Positions 1-9,358 of a stretch of 64,000 nucleotides of DNA are shown here, piece by piece. This DNA is from Candidatus Omnitrophota bacterium (GTDB lineage: Bacteria > Omnitrophota > Gorgyraeia > Zapsychrales > Fredricksoniimonadaceae). Location: contig CAIVRE010000018.1 of the NCBI GenBank assembly GCA_903908245.1, positions 2,876-66,875 on the forward strand. Direction: 5' to 3'. Position 1 is the first letter of the stretch; each line of letters opens with the position of its first letter. The notes beneath the pieces were generated by a model. It was given only the letters and a program-made list of their open reading frames with translations. It had not been told where the DNA came from and searched no databases. A program made the translations under genes and the position numbers.

Positions 1-57
1 CGATTGGTTTTATGATTCGTTTGTGCTATATTTGAAGCAAGAACAGAGGCGGGGCCA

Positions 58-255
58 ATGGTTGCTTATATTTCCAGAAGAAGATCAGGGCAAAGCACGG
101 TCGAATATATCCTGCTGGTAACAGCGGTTGCTGTCGTGGCGCTTACTTTATTGGCGAAGAACGGGTTGATGGCGGGACAAGTCAATAAAACCCTTAAAAT
201 GCCGGCTGATCTGCTCAACAAGAGCGGTATCGGTTTTACGGTCCATCCGAATTGA
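58..255 (+). CDS. Flp/Fap-family type IVb pilin precursor (65 aa)
   Basis: The N-terminus RRRSGQSTVEYILLVTAVAVVAL matches the class III leader plus G/xxxxEY plus hydrophobic segment typical of Flp pilins. It has the size of a pilin and an SD-like AGAGGCGGGG upstream. Confidence 0.6.
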   Translation: MVAYISRRRSGQSTVEYILLVTAVAVVALTLLAKNGLMAGQVNKTLKMPADLLNKSGIGFTVHPN

Positions 256-260
256 TCGTT

Positions 261-491
261 TCAGTGCTTGTTGCGTTCTATCCGGCTTTTTAAATCTTCC
301 ATCATACGGCGTTGACGTTCGGCGGTATTTTCGGCTCTTTCGGAGGACTGTTCACGGACGGATGAGCCCTGGTAGGCCGGTTTGGCCGGGTCATGGGCGA
401 ACTGGCGGGAGGTTGTTTTGACCAAAGCGCTCCCGAGGGCAATGGCCAGCGCGATAACAACCGCAATGCTGACGAATGTGTGATAACTCAT
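261..491 (-). CDS. hypothetical small single-pass membrane protein (about 76 aa from the MSYHT start)
   Basis: Minus-strand ORF with one hydrophobic helix (FVSIAVVIALAIALGSALV) followed by a charged tail. It is convergent with the pilin gene. No family recognised. Confidence 0.35.
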   Translation of the reverse strand: MSYHTFVSIAVVIALAIALGSALVKTTSRQFAHDPAKPAYQGSSVREQSSERAENTAERQRRMMEDLKSRIERNKH

Positions 492-541
492 AGTCAAAGT
501 ATATCCCGATTTCTTTAAAAAACAATTTTTTTCAAGAATAT

Positions 542-1075
542 ATGGCACTGTTTTTCCGGATAATATTCATTTTTTGGAGCGGTTTCTTTCTGGCCTGCGG
601 TCCGTCTTTTGCGCAGAAGGTCGATGCGGGTGCGGGTGCACCTGCCGATATTGAAGTGTACATGGCCGGCAAGAAATTTGCCTCCATCGGTCAGTATGAG
701 AAGAAGAAAGAACAGGCGGCCGCAGCATCTGCCGCCGCTTTTGATCCCCAGTTCGGCAAGACGCTGACCATAAGCCCTGACGGAACGGTCATTACCAGCC
801 ATACCACGATCGATGTGGGCAAGACCATCACGATCGAGCCTCAAAAAGGTACGGGGCGGGTGGCCGGGGTGGAGCCTTCCTTCAGCCAGGTGTCGAAGGA
901 TTTTGATTCGGGAGCGGCGAAGAACGGCGCCAGCCTTACGCCGGTGGCATCGGCGGCCGAGTTCGAGGAGAAGCTGCGCGATAAACTCCGCGGGCACCAG
1001 GGGCCGGTGCTTTTGATATCGGACAAGACCAGGGTCCGGGTGATGGAGTTGGAGGGGGGCGAGAAATCGCCTTGA
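542..1075 (+). CDS. hypothetical lipoprotein / secreted protein
   Basis: N-terminal signal peptide with the lipobox-like FLAC-G, then a Gly/Ala/Thr-rich soluble region. No recognisable catalytic motif. Confidence 0.5.
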   Translation: MALFFRIIFIFWSGFFLACGPSFAQKVDAGAGAPADIEVYMAGKKFASIGQYEKKKEQAAAASAAAFDPQFGKTLTISPDGTVITSHTTIDVGKTITIEPQKGTGRVAGVEPSFSQVSKDFDSGAAKNGASLTPVASAAEFEEKLRDKLRGHQGPVLLISDKTRVRVMELEGGEKSP

Positions 1076-1100
1076 CTTGAGGGGGGGGCAATAGTATAAT
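1072..1100 (+). promoter_or_regulatory. sigma70-type promoter for rpsO-pnp
   Basis: TTGACT (1072-1077), a 17-nt spacer, then TATAAT (1095-1100). It lies about 75 nt upstream of rpsO. Confidence 0.55.
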
Positions 1101-1174
1101 CACGGACTAATTTAGTGAAGGGCATTTTTGGAAGAGGGATTCCATAAACGGCGAAATACAGTATTAATTCTTTA

Positions 1175-1456
1175 ATGGAGGAAGCACAGTTGTTAGTCAA
1201 AGAGAAGAAATCCGAGGTCATAAGTAATTTTAAAGTTCACGCGAAGGACACTGGTTCTCCCGTCGTGCAGGTGGCGCTCATTACCGAGCGGATCAACGAT
1301 CTTAACGGCCATTTCAAAGCGCACAAGAAGGACAATCATTCACGCCGCGGGCTGCTTTTAATGATCGGTCAAAGGCGGCGTTTGCTGGCCTATCTCAAGA
1401 AGACCGACCTTAAGAAGTATGAAGAGACCATTAACAAATTAGGGTTGCGTAAATAA
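1175..1456 (+). CDS. rpsO: 30S ribosomal protein S15
   Basis: [54 protein letters not shown]...LGLRK is the canonical S15 sequence. An alternative in-frame TTG start at 1190 sits 8 nt after GGAGG and would give the canonical 88 aa. Confidence 0.9.
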   Translation: MEEAQLLVKEKKSEVISNFKVHAKDTGSPVVQVALITERINDLNGHFKAHKKDNHSRRGLLLMIGQRRRLLAYLKKTDLKKYEETINKLGLRK

Positions 1457-1474
1457 CCCGGAAGGTTGTAAAAG

Positions 1475-3586
1475 ATGAGTTTAACTCGTGTGGAAGTTCC
1501 GTATGGGGATACGACTCTGGTCATTGAGACAGGGAAGATAGCAAAGCAGGCGGCAGGTTCCGTGGTCGTCAGCTGCGGGGAAACGATGGTGCTGGTCGCG
1601 GCGTGTATGGCCAAGAATGTCCGGGAAGGGATCGATTTCTTCCCGCTCACCGTTGAATACCAGGAAAAAACATATTCTGCCGGCCGTATTCCCGGCGGTT
1701 TCTTTAAACGTGAAGGCCGTTCGACGGAGAAAGAGATCCTCACGTCCCGTCTGATCGACCGTCCCCTGCGCCCGCTTTTTCCCGAGGGCCTCAAGAACGA
1801 AGTCCAGATCGTCGCGACCGTCCTTTCCGCGGACGACCAGTATGATCCTGATGTCCTTTCCATCATCGGCGCGTCCGCGGCCCTGATGGTGTCCGATATC
1901 CCCTTTGACGGCCCCATCAGCGCGGTGCGCATCGGAGCTGTCGACGGAAAGTTGATCGTTAATCCTACCTACGAGCAGCGCAAGGATGCCGAGCTTGATT
2001 TTATTATTGCCGGCGATGCGGAAGGTATCGTGATGGTCGAGGGTGAGGGCCACGAAGTGCCTGAAGCCCGCATTAAGGAAGTATTCGCGTTCGCGCACCA
2101 GGCTATCCAGGCTTCGCGTGATATCCAGAAAGAGCTTCAGAAGAAAGCGGGCAAGGCCAAGGTTGAAGTGAAGATCAAGGCGTTGCCTCCGGCGTTCATC
2201 GCCAAGGTCCGCAGCCTGGGAATGGCCCGTTTGACCGAGATATTCAATGGCATTACAGACAAGAAAGAGCGTGAGAACAAGGGCAATGACCTTTTCGCCT
2301 CTTTGACCGCGGACCTGACGGTTTATGCGGAATTCAAGAATGGCGATGCGGCAATATCGGCCAAGGATGTGGCCGCGGTCTTCGAGGTCATGCAGTATGA
2401 CCTTATCCGCAAAAATGTTTTTGAAAAGAGCGTCCGTGTGGACGGCCGCGGCCTCAACGAGATCCGTGCGATCTCTTCCGAAGCCGGCCTTTTACCCCGT
2501 ACGCATGGCAGTGCGCTGTTCACCCGCGGCCAGACCCAGGGCCTGGGCGTTATTACGCTCGGCACCAAGGTCGACGAGCAGCTGATGGAAGCGCTGGATG
2601 GTGTTACGTACCGCAATTTCATGTTGCATTACAATTTTCCGCCGTATTCGGTGGGTGAGACCAAGCCTATGCGCGGTCCCGGCCGCCGCGAGATCGGCCA
2701 TGGCAACCTGGCGCACCGCGCGCTCAAGGCGGTCATGCCGGATTCGGAAGTTTTCCCTTATACCGTTCGTCTGGTCTCCGAGATCCTTGAATCCAACGGA
2801 TCCTCCAGCATGGCGACTGTCTGCGCCGGTTCCCTGGCGATGATGGATGCCGGTGTTCCGCTGAAGGCGGCCGTGGCGGGGATCTCCGTCGGGCTTATTT
2901 CCGATGAAAAGCGTTCGGTCCTGATCACGGATATCCAGGGGATGGAAGATCATTTTGGCGATATGGATTTTAAGGTCGCCGGTTCTGCCAAGGGTGTTAC
3001 GGCGATCCAGCTGGACCTCAAGATCCGGCATATTGCCGTCGATCTTTTGTGCAAGGCGGTTGACCAGGCAACGGAAGGCCGCATGCATATTCTGGGCCTC
3101 ATGAACCAGACGCTTACAACGCACCGCCCGGCGCTGTCCCAGTACGCTCCGCGCATCGCGACCATACAGATCCCGCAGGACCGTATCGGCGAGGTCATCG
3201 GGCCCGGTGGAAAGACGATCCGCATGATCATCGAGATGACGGGCGCTACCGCGATCGATATTGATGATGACGGCAAAGCGTTCGTTTCCGCTCCCAACCA
3301 AGAATCCCTGGATAAAGTGACGAAGTATTTGTCGTCGTTGTTGATGGAGCCCGAGGTCGGGCAGGTGTATGAAGCCACGGTCGTCAAGATGATGGCTTTT
3401 GGCGCTTTCTGCGAGTTCATGCCCGGCAAGGAAGGCTTGTGCCATGTTTCCGAGCTTTCTGAAAAGTATGTGAAGGATCCGAACGAAGTGTGCAAGGTCG
3501 GGGATACGTTCAAGGTCTTGTTGAAAGAAGTCGATGACAAGGGCCGTTATAATCTGAGCCGTAAGAAAGTTCCCGCGAATTCATAG
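1475..3586 (+). CDS. pnp: polynucleotide phosphorylase (polyribonucleotide nucleotidyltransferase)
   Basis: 703 aa with two RNase PH domains, a KH domain and an S1 domain (C-terminal GKEGLCHVSELS...). It is in the conserved rpsO-pnp arrangement. Confidence 0.95.
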   Translation: MSLTRVEVPYGDTTLVIETGKIAKQAAGSVVVSCGETMVLVAACMAKNVREGIDFFPLTVEYQEKTYSAGRIPGGFFKREGRSTEKEILTSRLIDRPLRPLFPEGLKNEVQIVATVLSADDQYDPDVLSIIGASAALMVSDIPFDGPISAVRIGAVDGKLIVNPTYEQRKDAELDFIIAGDAEGIVMVEGEGHEVPEARIKEVFAFAHQAIQASRDIQKELQKKAGKAKVEVKIKALPPAFIAKVRSLGMARLTEIFNGITDKKERENKGNDLFASLTADLTVYAEFKNGDAAISAKDVAAVFEVMQYDLIRKNVFEKSVRVDGRGLNEIRAISSEAGLLPRTHGSALFTRGQTQGLGVITLGTKVDEQLMEALDGVTYRNFMLHYNFPPYSVGETKPMRGPGRREIGHGNLAHRALKAVMPDSEVFPYTVRLVSEILESNGSSSMATVCAGSLAMMDAGVPLKAAVAGISVGLISDEKRSVLITDIQGMEDHFGDMDFKVAGSAKGVTAIQLDLKIRHIAVDLLCKAVDQATEGRMHILGLMNQTLTTHRPALSQYAPRIATIQIPQDRIGEVIGPGGKTIRMIIEMTGATAIDIDDDGKAFVSAPNQESLDKVTKYLSSLLMEPEVGQVYEATVVKMMAFGAFCEFMPGKEGLCHVSELSEKYVKDPNEVCKVGDTFKVLLKEVDDKGRYNLSRKKVPANS

Positions 3587-3617
3587 ATCTTCGCATGGAC
3601 GATAACGCGTAAAAACC

Positions 3618-3668
3618 ATCCCCTCACTTCGGGCCTTATTCATGGTTCAGAGTGAGGGGATTTCATTC
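3618..3668 (+). terminator. hairpin terminator after pnp
   Basis: ATCCCCTCACT (3618-3628) pairs with AGTGAGGGGAT (3651-3661) to give an 11-bp stem, followed by TTTCATTCC. It overlaps the most upstream possible ftsK start at 3642, which argues for the ATG at 3681. Confidence 0.5.
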
Positions 3669-3680
3669 CAAAGGCCGAGA

Positions 3681-5966
3681 ATGAAGCAAGAACACTTCAA
3701 TGAGATCAAGGGGATCCTTCTTTTCGCGTTCGCGCTTATTTTCTTCGCGAGCCTCATTTCATATGTTCCCGATGACCTTATCTGGTTCACGTCCCATCCC
3801 AACAGCCCGGCCAAGAACCTGATCCGCGTGGCCGGTGCCTACAGCGCCGGGGCTTTGTTCGTTGTTTTCGGTTACAGCGCATACATGCTGGTGATGCTCC
3901 TTCTTTTTTGGAGCTGGAACATTTTTACGTCACGCCCGATGTATTTCAGCGCTGCGCGTAATGTCGCACTGGGTGTCCTTCTTTCGGTCCTTAGCTCCCT
4001 GTTCAGCCTGATGGGGTCGCCGCTCACGTCCAACCGGTTCCAGCGCGGGGGGATGGTCGGGCTGGTCTTCGCGGATTTCTTAAGCAAGTATTTCGGCGTG
4101 ATCGGGGCGTATATTATTTTATTCGCGCTGGCCGCTTTGTGCCTGGTGATCACGGTCGAGTTCCTGGTGTCGCCGTTATTAGTACGCGGGATGCGTGCGT
4201 TGATCGATCATTGGCATGCCTGGAGGGAGAGCGGTTTTGCGATGCCCTTCGGGTTCCCGGCAGGAAAGAAAACAGTTGTCGCGGCAAAAGTTTTTTCGCC
4301 GGAGAAGCCTGTGAAGAAGGTTTTAACAGAATTAAAAGAGGGCAACAAAGAGGATCCTGCCAGGAAAACGGCCGGGATCAAGGGGAAAGACGAAAAACCG
4401 GCCAGGCCCGAGCCTCCCAAAGCGCCCAATATCCGTATTATTCAGCAGAAAGAAGAAGCTCCCAAGGACAGGGAGGACAAGCCGTTGATCGTCGGGAATT
4501 ATCAGCTTCCGTCGTTTGACCTTTTGAATGATCCGGTTAAGCTTTCGGAAGGAAATGTCCAGGAGATCGTGGTCAGAGGTGCCAAAATGCTGGAAACGAC
4601 TCTGGCGAGTTTTGGCGTGACTGTCCGTGTGGTTGACATTGAAAGGGGCCCCGTTCTTACCAAGTATGAACTGGAACCGGCTCCGGGTGTGCGTGTGCAA
4701 AGTATCAATTCGCTGGCTGACGATATAGCGCTGGCGATGCAGGTTGCGGCGGTGCGCATCGAGGCGCCTATTCCCGGGAAGAACCGGGTAGGGATCGAAG
4801 TGCCCAATGGCGCTTCCGCGGCGGTGGTGCTTAAGGATGTCCTGATCGAGGCGGACATCCGTAATGCCAAGTCCAAGATCATGATGGCTTTGGGGAAAGA
4901 TACGGCGGGCAAGCCTATTGTGGCGGACCTGGCTGAAATGCCGCATTTGCTGGTGGCGGGGACGACGGGGGCCGGTAAATCGGTCTGTTTGAACGTGATC
5001 ATTATGTCCATTCTTTATAATGCCGCGCCCAATGAAGTGAAATTCATCATGGTCGATCCCAAGATGGTCGAGCTTAATCAATACAACGATCTGCCGCATA
5101 TGCTTTGCCCGGCGATCACCGACCATAAGAAAGTCGCGGCGGCGCTGGGATGGGTGGTGGCGGAAATGGAATCGCGCTATAAGACCCTGATGAAGCATCA
5201 GGTCAGGAACATCAAGGCCTATCACGCCAAGGGCTTTGAAATGCCCTATATCGTGGTGATCGTCGACGAGTTTGCCGATCTGATGCAGACGCAGGGTAAA
5301 GTCATCGAAAGCGCTGTTACCCGTCTTGCGCAATTGGCGCGCGCGGTGGGGATCCATCTGATCCTGGCGACCCAGCGCCCGTCGGTCAATGTGATCACGG
5401 GAACGATCAAGGCCAATTTGCCGGCGCGCGTCTCTTTCAAGACCAATTCCCAGATCGATTCCCGCACCATTCTTGACGAGAAGGGGGCGGAGGACCTGCT
5501 GGGAAAAGGCGATATGCTTTTTGTGAAGCCGGGGGATCCCAAGCCGATGCGCGGGCAATGCAGTTTTATTTCGGATGAGGAGATCCATAAGGTCATGGAT
5601 TTCATCCGCAAGCAGCAGAAGCCCGAGTACGATAATTCCGTAACGGCCAGGCCTGTGTCCACGGCGGGCGACGGTGACAGCGGTGAAAAGGACGAGATCT
5701 ACGAAGATGCCGTGCGGGTGGTCATGCAGACCCGCCAGGCGTCGGTGTCCATCCTGCAGCGCCGACTGAGCCTCGGTTATGGCCGTGCGGGCCGTTTGCT
5801 TGATGCCATGGAGCGGGGCGGTATCGTCGGCCCTTATTGCGGGAGTAAAGCGCGAGAGATTTTAGTTGACCCGGATGCCTGGCTGATAGAACATAATGGG
5901 GATAGTCAAGCCGCTGCCATGCAGAAGGCTGATAGCAAGGAAGATCCAAACCGCCCGTCAGCTTGA
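3681..5966 (+). CDS. ftsK: DNA translocase FtsK/SpoIIIE
   Basis: N-terminal polytopic membrane domain, then a Pro/Lys-rich linker, then a motor domain with Walker A GTTGAGKS, then a C-terminal winged-helix gamma domain (RQASVSILQRRLSLGYGRAGRLLD). Confidence 0.9.
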   Translation: MKQEHFNEIKGILLFAFALIFFASLISYVPDDLIWFTSHPNSPAKNLIRVAGAYSAGALFVVFGYSAYMLVMLLLFWSWNIFTSRPMYFSAARNVALGVLLSVLSSLFSLMGSPLTSNRFQRGGMVGLVFADFLSKYFGVIGAYIILFALAALCLVITVEFLVSPLLVRGMRALIDHWHAWRESGFAMPFGFPAGKKTVVAAKVFSPEKPVKKVLTELKEGNKEDPARKTAGIKGKDEKPARPEPPKAPNIRIIQQKEEAPKDREDKPLIVGNYQLPSFDLLNDPVKLSEGNVQEIVVRGAKMLETTLASFGVTVRVVDIERGPVLTKYELEPAPGVRVQSINSLADDIALAMQVAAVRIEAPIPGKNRVGIEVPNGASAAVVLKDVLIEADIRNAKSKIMMALGKDTAGKPIVADLAEMPHLLVAGTTGAGKSVCLNVIIMSILYNAAPNEVKFIMVDPKMVELNQYNDLPHMLCPAITDHKKVAAALGWVVAEMESRYKTLMKHQVRNIKAYHAKGFEMPYIVVIVDEFADLMQTQGKVIESAVTRLAQLARAVGIHLILATQRPSVNVITGTIKANLPARVSFKTNSQIDSRTILDEKGAEDLLGKGDMLFVKPGDPKPMRGQCSFISDEEIHKVMDFIRKQQKPEYDNSVTARPVSTAGDGDSGEKDEIYEDAVRVVMQTRQASVSILQRRLSLGYGRAGRLLDAMERGGIVGPYCGSKAREILVDPDAWLIEHNGDSQAAAMQKADSKEDPNRPSA

Positions 5967-5983
5967 TGAGATAATGAGGTCTA

Positions 5984-6880
5984 ATGGACAAGTCGAATGA
6001 TATCGGAACAATTTTAAAGGCTGAGCGTGAGCTGCGCGGGCTTACGCTGGAAGTGATCCAGGAAGCTACCAAGATCCCGATCGATTCGATCAAAGCCATT
6101 GAAGAAGGGTACAAGATCCGTACCCTGACCGCTTTTTATTATAAAAGTTTTGTCCGCCTTTACGCCCAGCATTTGGGCCTTGATCCGCAGCCGATCCTGG
6201 CGCTGATCCCGTCTTATCAGCCGGTCAGCAAGATCGTTCCCCTGGAGCGGCCTGCTTTTGCCAAGCCGGATCTCATCAAGCTTAATATCATCGCCGGGCC
6301 GGGCAAAACAGTGAATTGGAAGAGGGCGATCCCTTTTGTGGCAGTGGTATCGGCTGTTATTCTGGTGGGCGGGGGATTGTTCGTGGTTGTCAAGAATGTC
6401 GCCGAGAAAATAGCGGTCTCTTCGCATCAGTCGGCCCAGGCTAAAGCCGCGGTCTTGGACAGGGCCGATAGGCCTGCCAGGTCCCAGAAGGTGGCCAAGG
6501 CGGAAAAGAGCGAAAAGGGCGTCAGGTCGGTGAAGCCTGCGGTTGTTGAGGGCGTTGCTTCTTCTGGGACGAAAACCAGTGAATCGGCGGCCCCGTCCGC
6601 GGGAGAGGTCAAGGATGTCCGGAAGGTTTTCTTGACGGTGAAGGCGACCGTGACCACCTGGCTGACCGTCAGGAGCGACGGGAAGGTTGTGTTCAAGGGA
6701 AGTTTAAAAAAGGGCGGGAACGAGAGCTGGAGTGCCCTGAAAAAGATAGAGATATCCGGCAAGGAAGTGAACCTGCTGGAATATGAAGTGAACGGAAAGA
6801 ACATCGGCAAACTCGGCCGCCGCGATTCCAATGCCCGCAAAGTCGTTGTGACACCCGAAGGCCTGCTGGTCGAGAAGTGA
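5984..6880 (+). CDS. rodZ: RodZ-like cytoskeleton protein (HTH + TM + DUF4115-like C-terminal domain)
   Basis: N-terminal XRE-type HTH (LKAERELRGLTLEVIQEATKIPIDSIKAIEEG...FYYKSFVRLYAQHLGLD), a single TM helix, and a C-terminal beta-rich domain. Confidence 0.7.
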   Translation: MDKSNDIGTILKAERELRGLTLEVIQEATKIPIDSIKAIEEGYKIRTLTAFYYKSFVRLYAQHLGLDPQPILALIPSYQPVSKIVPLERPAFAKPDLIKLNIIAGPGKTVNWKRAIPFVAVVSAVILVGGGLFVVVKNVAEKIAVSSHQSAQAKAAVLDRADRPARSQKVAKAEKSEKGVRSVKPAVVEGVASSGTKTSESAAPSAGEVKDVRKVFLTVKATVTTWLTVRSDGKVVFKGSLKKGGNESWSALKKIEISGKEVNLLEYEVNGKNIGKLGRRDSNARKVVVTPEGLLVEK

Positions 6881-8160
6881 AAAGCCGGACAAGCGATACA
6901 TTCCATCAAGAACGACTTAAAGGATCCGTGCGTGTCGGCGTTATCAGCCTGGGATGCGTGCGCAACACGGTTGATTCCGAGACCATTCTCGGCGGAGCTT
7001 TGCGCCGGGGGCATGAGCACTCTGTGGTGGAAGAGGCGGATGTCGTGATCGTGAACACCTGCGGTTTTATCGAGGCGGCCAAGAAGGAATCCATTGATGT
7101 TATTAACGGGCTCGCTGTCCTCAAAAGGCAGGGTAAGGTCAAGCGGATCATTGTGGCCGGATGCCTGGCCCAGCGTTATGCGGATGAATTGCGCCGGGGA
7201 TTCCCGGAAGTGGACGCGTTCGTCGGGGCCTTGTCCCTCAAGACCAATTCCCGCCAGTCATCGCTGTCCCTCACGCCGTCGTATTTTTCCTATCTGAAGA
7301 TCTGCGAGAGCTGTTTTAACCATTGCAGTTTTTGCGCCATTCCGAATATCAAGGGCAGGTTTTTGTCGAGGTCTTTGGAGGCCATCCTGGAGGATGTCCG
7401 CCGTCTGGACGGGCAGGGCGTCAGGGAGCTGAATATTGTCGGGCAGGATATTACCGCCTATGGCATGGACCTTTATCATGAAAAGAAGCTGGCCGGCCTT
7501 TTAAAGGAGATCGCCTGTTCGGTCAGGGGCATTGAATGGGTCCGTCTTTTATATACTTACCCGGCGCATATTACCGACGAGCTGCTTGAGGTGATCGCGG
7601 CAACACCCGTGATCTGCAAGTATATTGATATGCCGTTGCAGCATATCAATGACAGGATCCTTGAGCGGATGGACCGTAACATGACCCGTTCGGGGATAGA
7701 GAAGCTGATCGCGAAGATCCGCCGCAGGGTTCCCGGGGCAGCGCTTCGGACGACTTTTATCGTAGGGTTCCCCGGGGAAACCCGGAAAGAGTTCAAGGAG
7801 CTTGTCGCGTTCATTAAAGACCATCCTTTTGAGCGCGTGGGCGCATTCATGTATTCCCGCGAGGACGGGACAAAAGCGTATGTTTTGGGGGATCCGGTTC
7901 CCGCCAGGACAAAGCAGGCGCGTTTAAAGAAGTTAATGTTTGAACAAGGGTCCGTGGCCGCTGCCTTGCAGGGCAGGTTTGTCGGGAAGACCCTGAAGGT
8001 CCTTGTTGACGGTGAGGGGACCGGCCGCAGCGAGTATGATGCGCCGGAGGTGGATGGCTGTGTTCATTTTTCAGGCGCGCCGGAGACCAGGCCCGGGCAA
8101 TTCGTTGATGTAAAAATAACCGCGGCCAGCGGGTATGACCTTGAGGGGATAGTGGTATAA
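6877..8160 (+). CDS. rimO: ribosomal protein S12 methylthiotransferase RimO
   Basis: MTTase N-terminus (VGVISLGCVRNTVDSE), the radical-SAM motif CxxxCxxC (CESCFNHCSFC), and a C-terminal TRAM domain. The GTG start overlaps the rodZ stop. Confidence 0.85.
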   Translation: MKSRTSDTFHQERLKGSVRVGVISLGCVRNTVDSETILGGALRRGHEHSVVEEADVVIVNTCGFIEAAKKESIDVINGLAVLKRQGKVKRIIVAGCLAQRYADELRRGFPEVDAFVGALSLKTNSRQSSLSLTPSYFSYLKICESCFNHCSFCAIPNIKGRFLSRSLEAILEDVRRLDGQGVRELNIVGQDITAYGMDLYHEKKLAGLLKEIACSVRGIEWVRLLYTYPAHITDELLEVIAATPVICKYIDMPLQHINDRILERMDRNMTRSGIEKLIAKIRRRVPGAALRTTFIVGFPGETRKEFKELVAFIKDHPFERVGAFMYSREDGTKAYVLGDPVPARTKQARLKKLMFEQGSVAAALQGRFVGKTLKVLVDGEGTGRSEYDAPEVDGCVHFSGAPETRPGQFVDVKITAASGYDLEGIVV

Positions 8161-8168
8161 TAAAAAAC

Positions 8169-8735
8169 ATGAACCTGCCTAATACCCTTACAGTGTCGCG
8201 GATATTCATGACCCTTGCCTTTGCGGTATTCACGCAAATGACGGGCGGGGCGGCTGCCTGGGCGGCATTGGGAGTGTTCGTGATCGCGGCCCTGACCGAC
8301 CTGGCCGACGGGTATATCGCCCGGAAATACGGAATGGTGACGACGTTCGGCCAGATCATGGACCCGATCGCCGACAAGCTGCTGATCCTGACCGCGCTTT
8401 TTATTTTTGCGTTCGAAGGTTCGATCCAGGTCTGGATGGTCGCACTGGTCGCCTGCCGCGAGATCCTGGTCACGGTCGCCCGCATCCATGCGTTGACGAC
8501 GGGCAGGGTCATTCCGGCGGAGTCTGCTGGAAAGTTGAAGGCGGCTTTTCAGATGACGGCGGTATCCCTGGCCTTGCTGTATCGCCTGGGGGTTATTTGT
8601 TTCCCGGAACTGGTGTTCATGAGGGATTATCGGGCCCAGTGGTTGTTCCTGATCAATGGGGTTATGATCGCCGCTGTCATTTTGACGCTTTGGTCGGGCG
8701 TTCTCTTTTTTAAGAATTTATTAAAGGACAATTGA
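8169..8735 (+). CDS. pgsA: CDP-diacylglycerol--glycerol-3-phosphate 3-phosphatidyltransferase
   Basis: CDP-alcohol phosphotransferase motif DLADGYIARKYGMVTTFGQIMDPIADK on a multi-TM protein. Confidence 0.85.
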   Translation: MNLPNTLTVSRIFMTLAFAVFTQMTGGAAAWAALGVFVIAALTDLADGYIARKYGMVTTFGQIMDPIADKLLILTALFIFAFEGSIQVWMVALVACREILVTVARIHALTTGRVIPAESAGKLKAAFQMTAVSLALLYRLGVICFPELVFMRDYRAQWLFLINGVMIAAVILTLWSGVLFFKNLLKDN

Positions 8736-8736
8736 T

Positions 8737-9192
8737 ATGGATCAGAAGCTGGCACGGTTCTTTGCGACATTCGGGTATATCGGCCATTTTCCGATGGCAC
8801 CCGGTTCGATCGCCAGTGCCGCCGGCGTGGGGTTGGCTTTTGCCTTGCGTGACCACGCGGTTATTTACGTGTTGGTGGCGTTTTTTGTGACAGCGATCGG
8901 ATTCTGTTCGGCCGGGATCGTGGAGAAAGCCGAAGGGAAGAAAGATCCGGGCTGTGTCGTGATCGACGAAGTATCGGGCATGATGATATCGTTATTCGGC
9001 CTGCCGCTCTCCTGGCCTGTGATGCTGGTCGGATTTTTCTTGTTTCGCGCCTTTGATATGTTTAAAATATATCCTGCCAACAAGCTTGAGGATATGGGCG
9101 GCAGTTTCGGGATCATGAGCGATGATATTGCTGCGGGCTTATACGCGAATTTAACGCTGCAGGTCGCGTTGCGGCTTGCGGGGTGGATGTAA
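8737..9192 (+). CDS. pgpA: phosphatidylglycerophosphatase A
   Basis: PgpA family motifs DPGCVVIDEVSGM and FRAFDMFKIYP. Adjacent to pgsA. Confidence 0.8.
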   Translation: MDQKLARFFATFGYIGHFPMAPGSIASAAGVGLAFALRDHAVIYVLVAFFVTAIGFCSAGIVEKAEGKKDPGCVVIDEVSGMMISLFGLPLSWPVMLVGFFLFRAFDMFKIYPANKLEDMGGSFGIMSDDIAAGLYANLTLQVALRLAGWM

Positions 9193-9195
9193 TAT

Positions 9196-9257
9196 GGGGA
9201 CACTTTACTTAATTCATTAGATGTCTATATTAAGAATGAATTAAGTAAAGTGTCCCC
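9196..9257. repeat. perfect 23-bp inverted repeat with a 16-nt spacer
   Basis: GGGGACACTTTACTTAATTCATT (9196-9218) and its exact reverse complement AATGAATTAAGTAAAGTGTCCCC (9235-9257). This is an AT-rich palindrome in a GC-rich genome, directly 3' of pgpA. Confidence 0.7.
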
Positions 9258-9271
9258 TTAATTAGGCAAAA

Positions 9272-9293
9272 GGGCGGCCACAGGGGGCCGCCC
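9272..9293 (+). terminator. GC-rich hairpin (possible pgpA terminator element)
   Basis: GGGCGGCC (9272-9279), then ACAGGG, then GGCCGCCC (9286-9293). No clear U-tract follows. Confidence 0.3.
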
Positions 9294-9358
9294 GTACATG
9301 CATATAGGGGCCGGTCCCTGTGCCGGCCCGATAAAAGTGTTCTTAGAAGAGGTGGTTT

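Noticed and set aside
4332-5588. Antisense ORFs of 300-440 aa: 418 aa (4332-5588) inside ftsK, 440 aa (37644-38966) inside murC-ddl, 439 aa (62407-63726) inside rho, 357 aa (40701-41774) inside ftsA, 394 aa (29739-30923) inside murE, and 317 aa (2492-3445) inside pnp.
   Set aside because: Each lies opposite a confidently identified conserved gene. Their translations are Arg/His/Pro/Gly-rich low-complexity sequence typical of the antisense frames of GC-rich genes. None has a recognisable motif.
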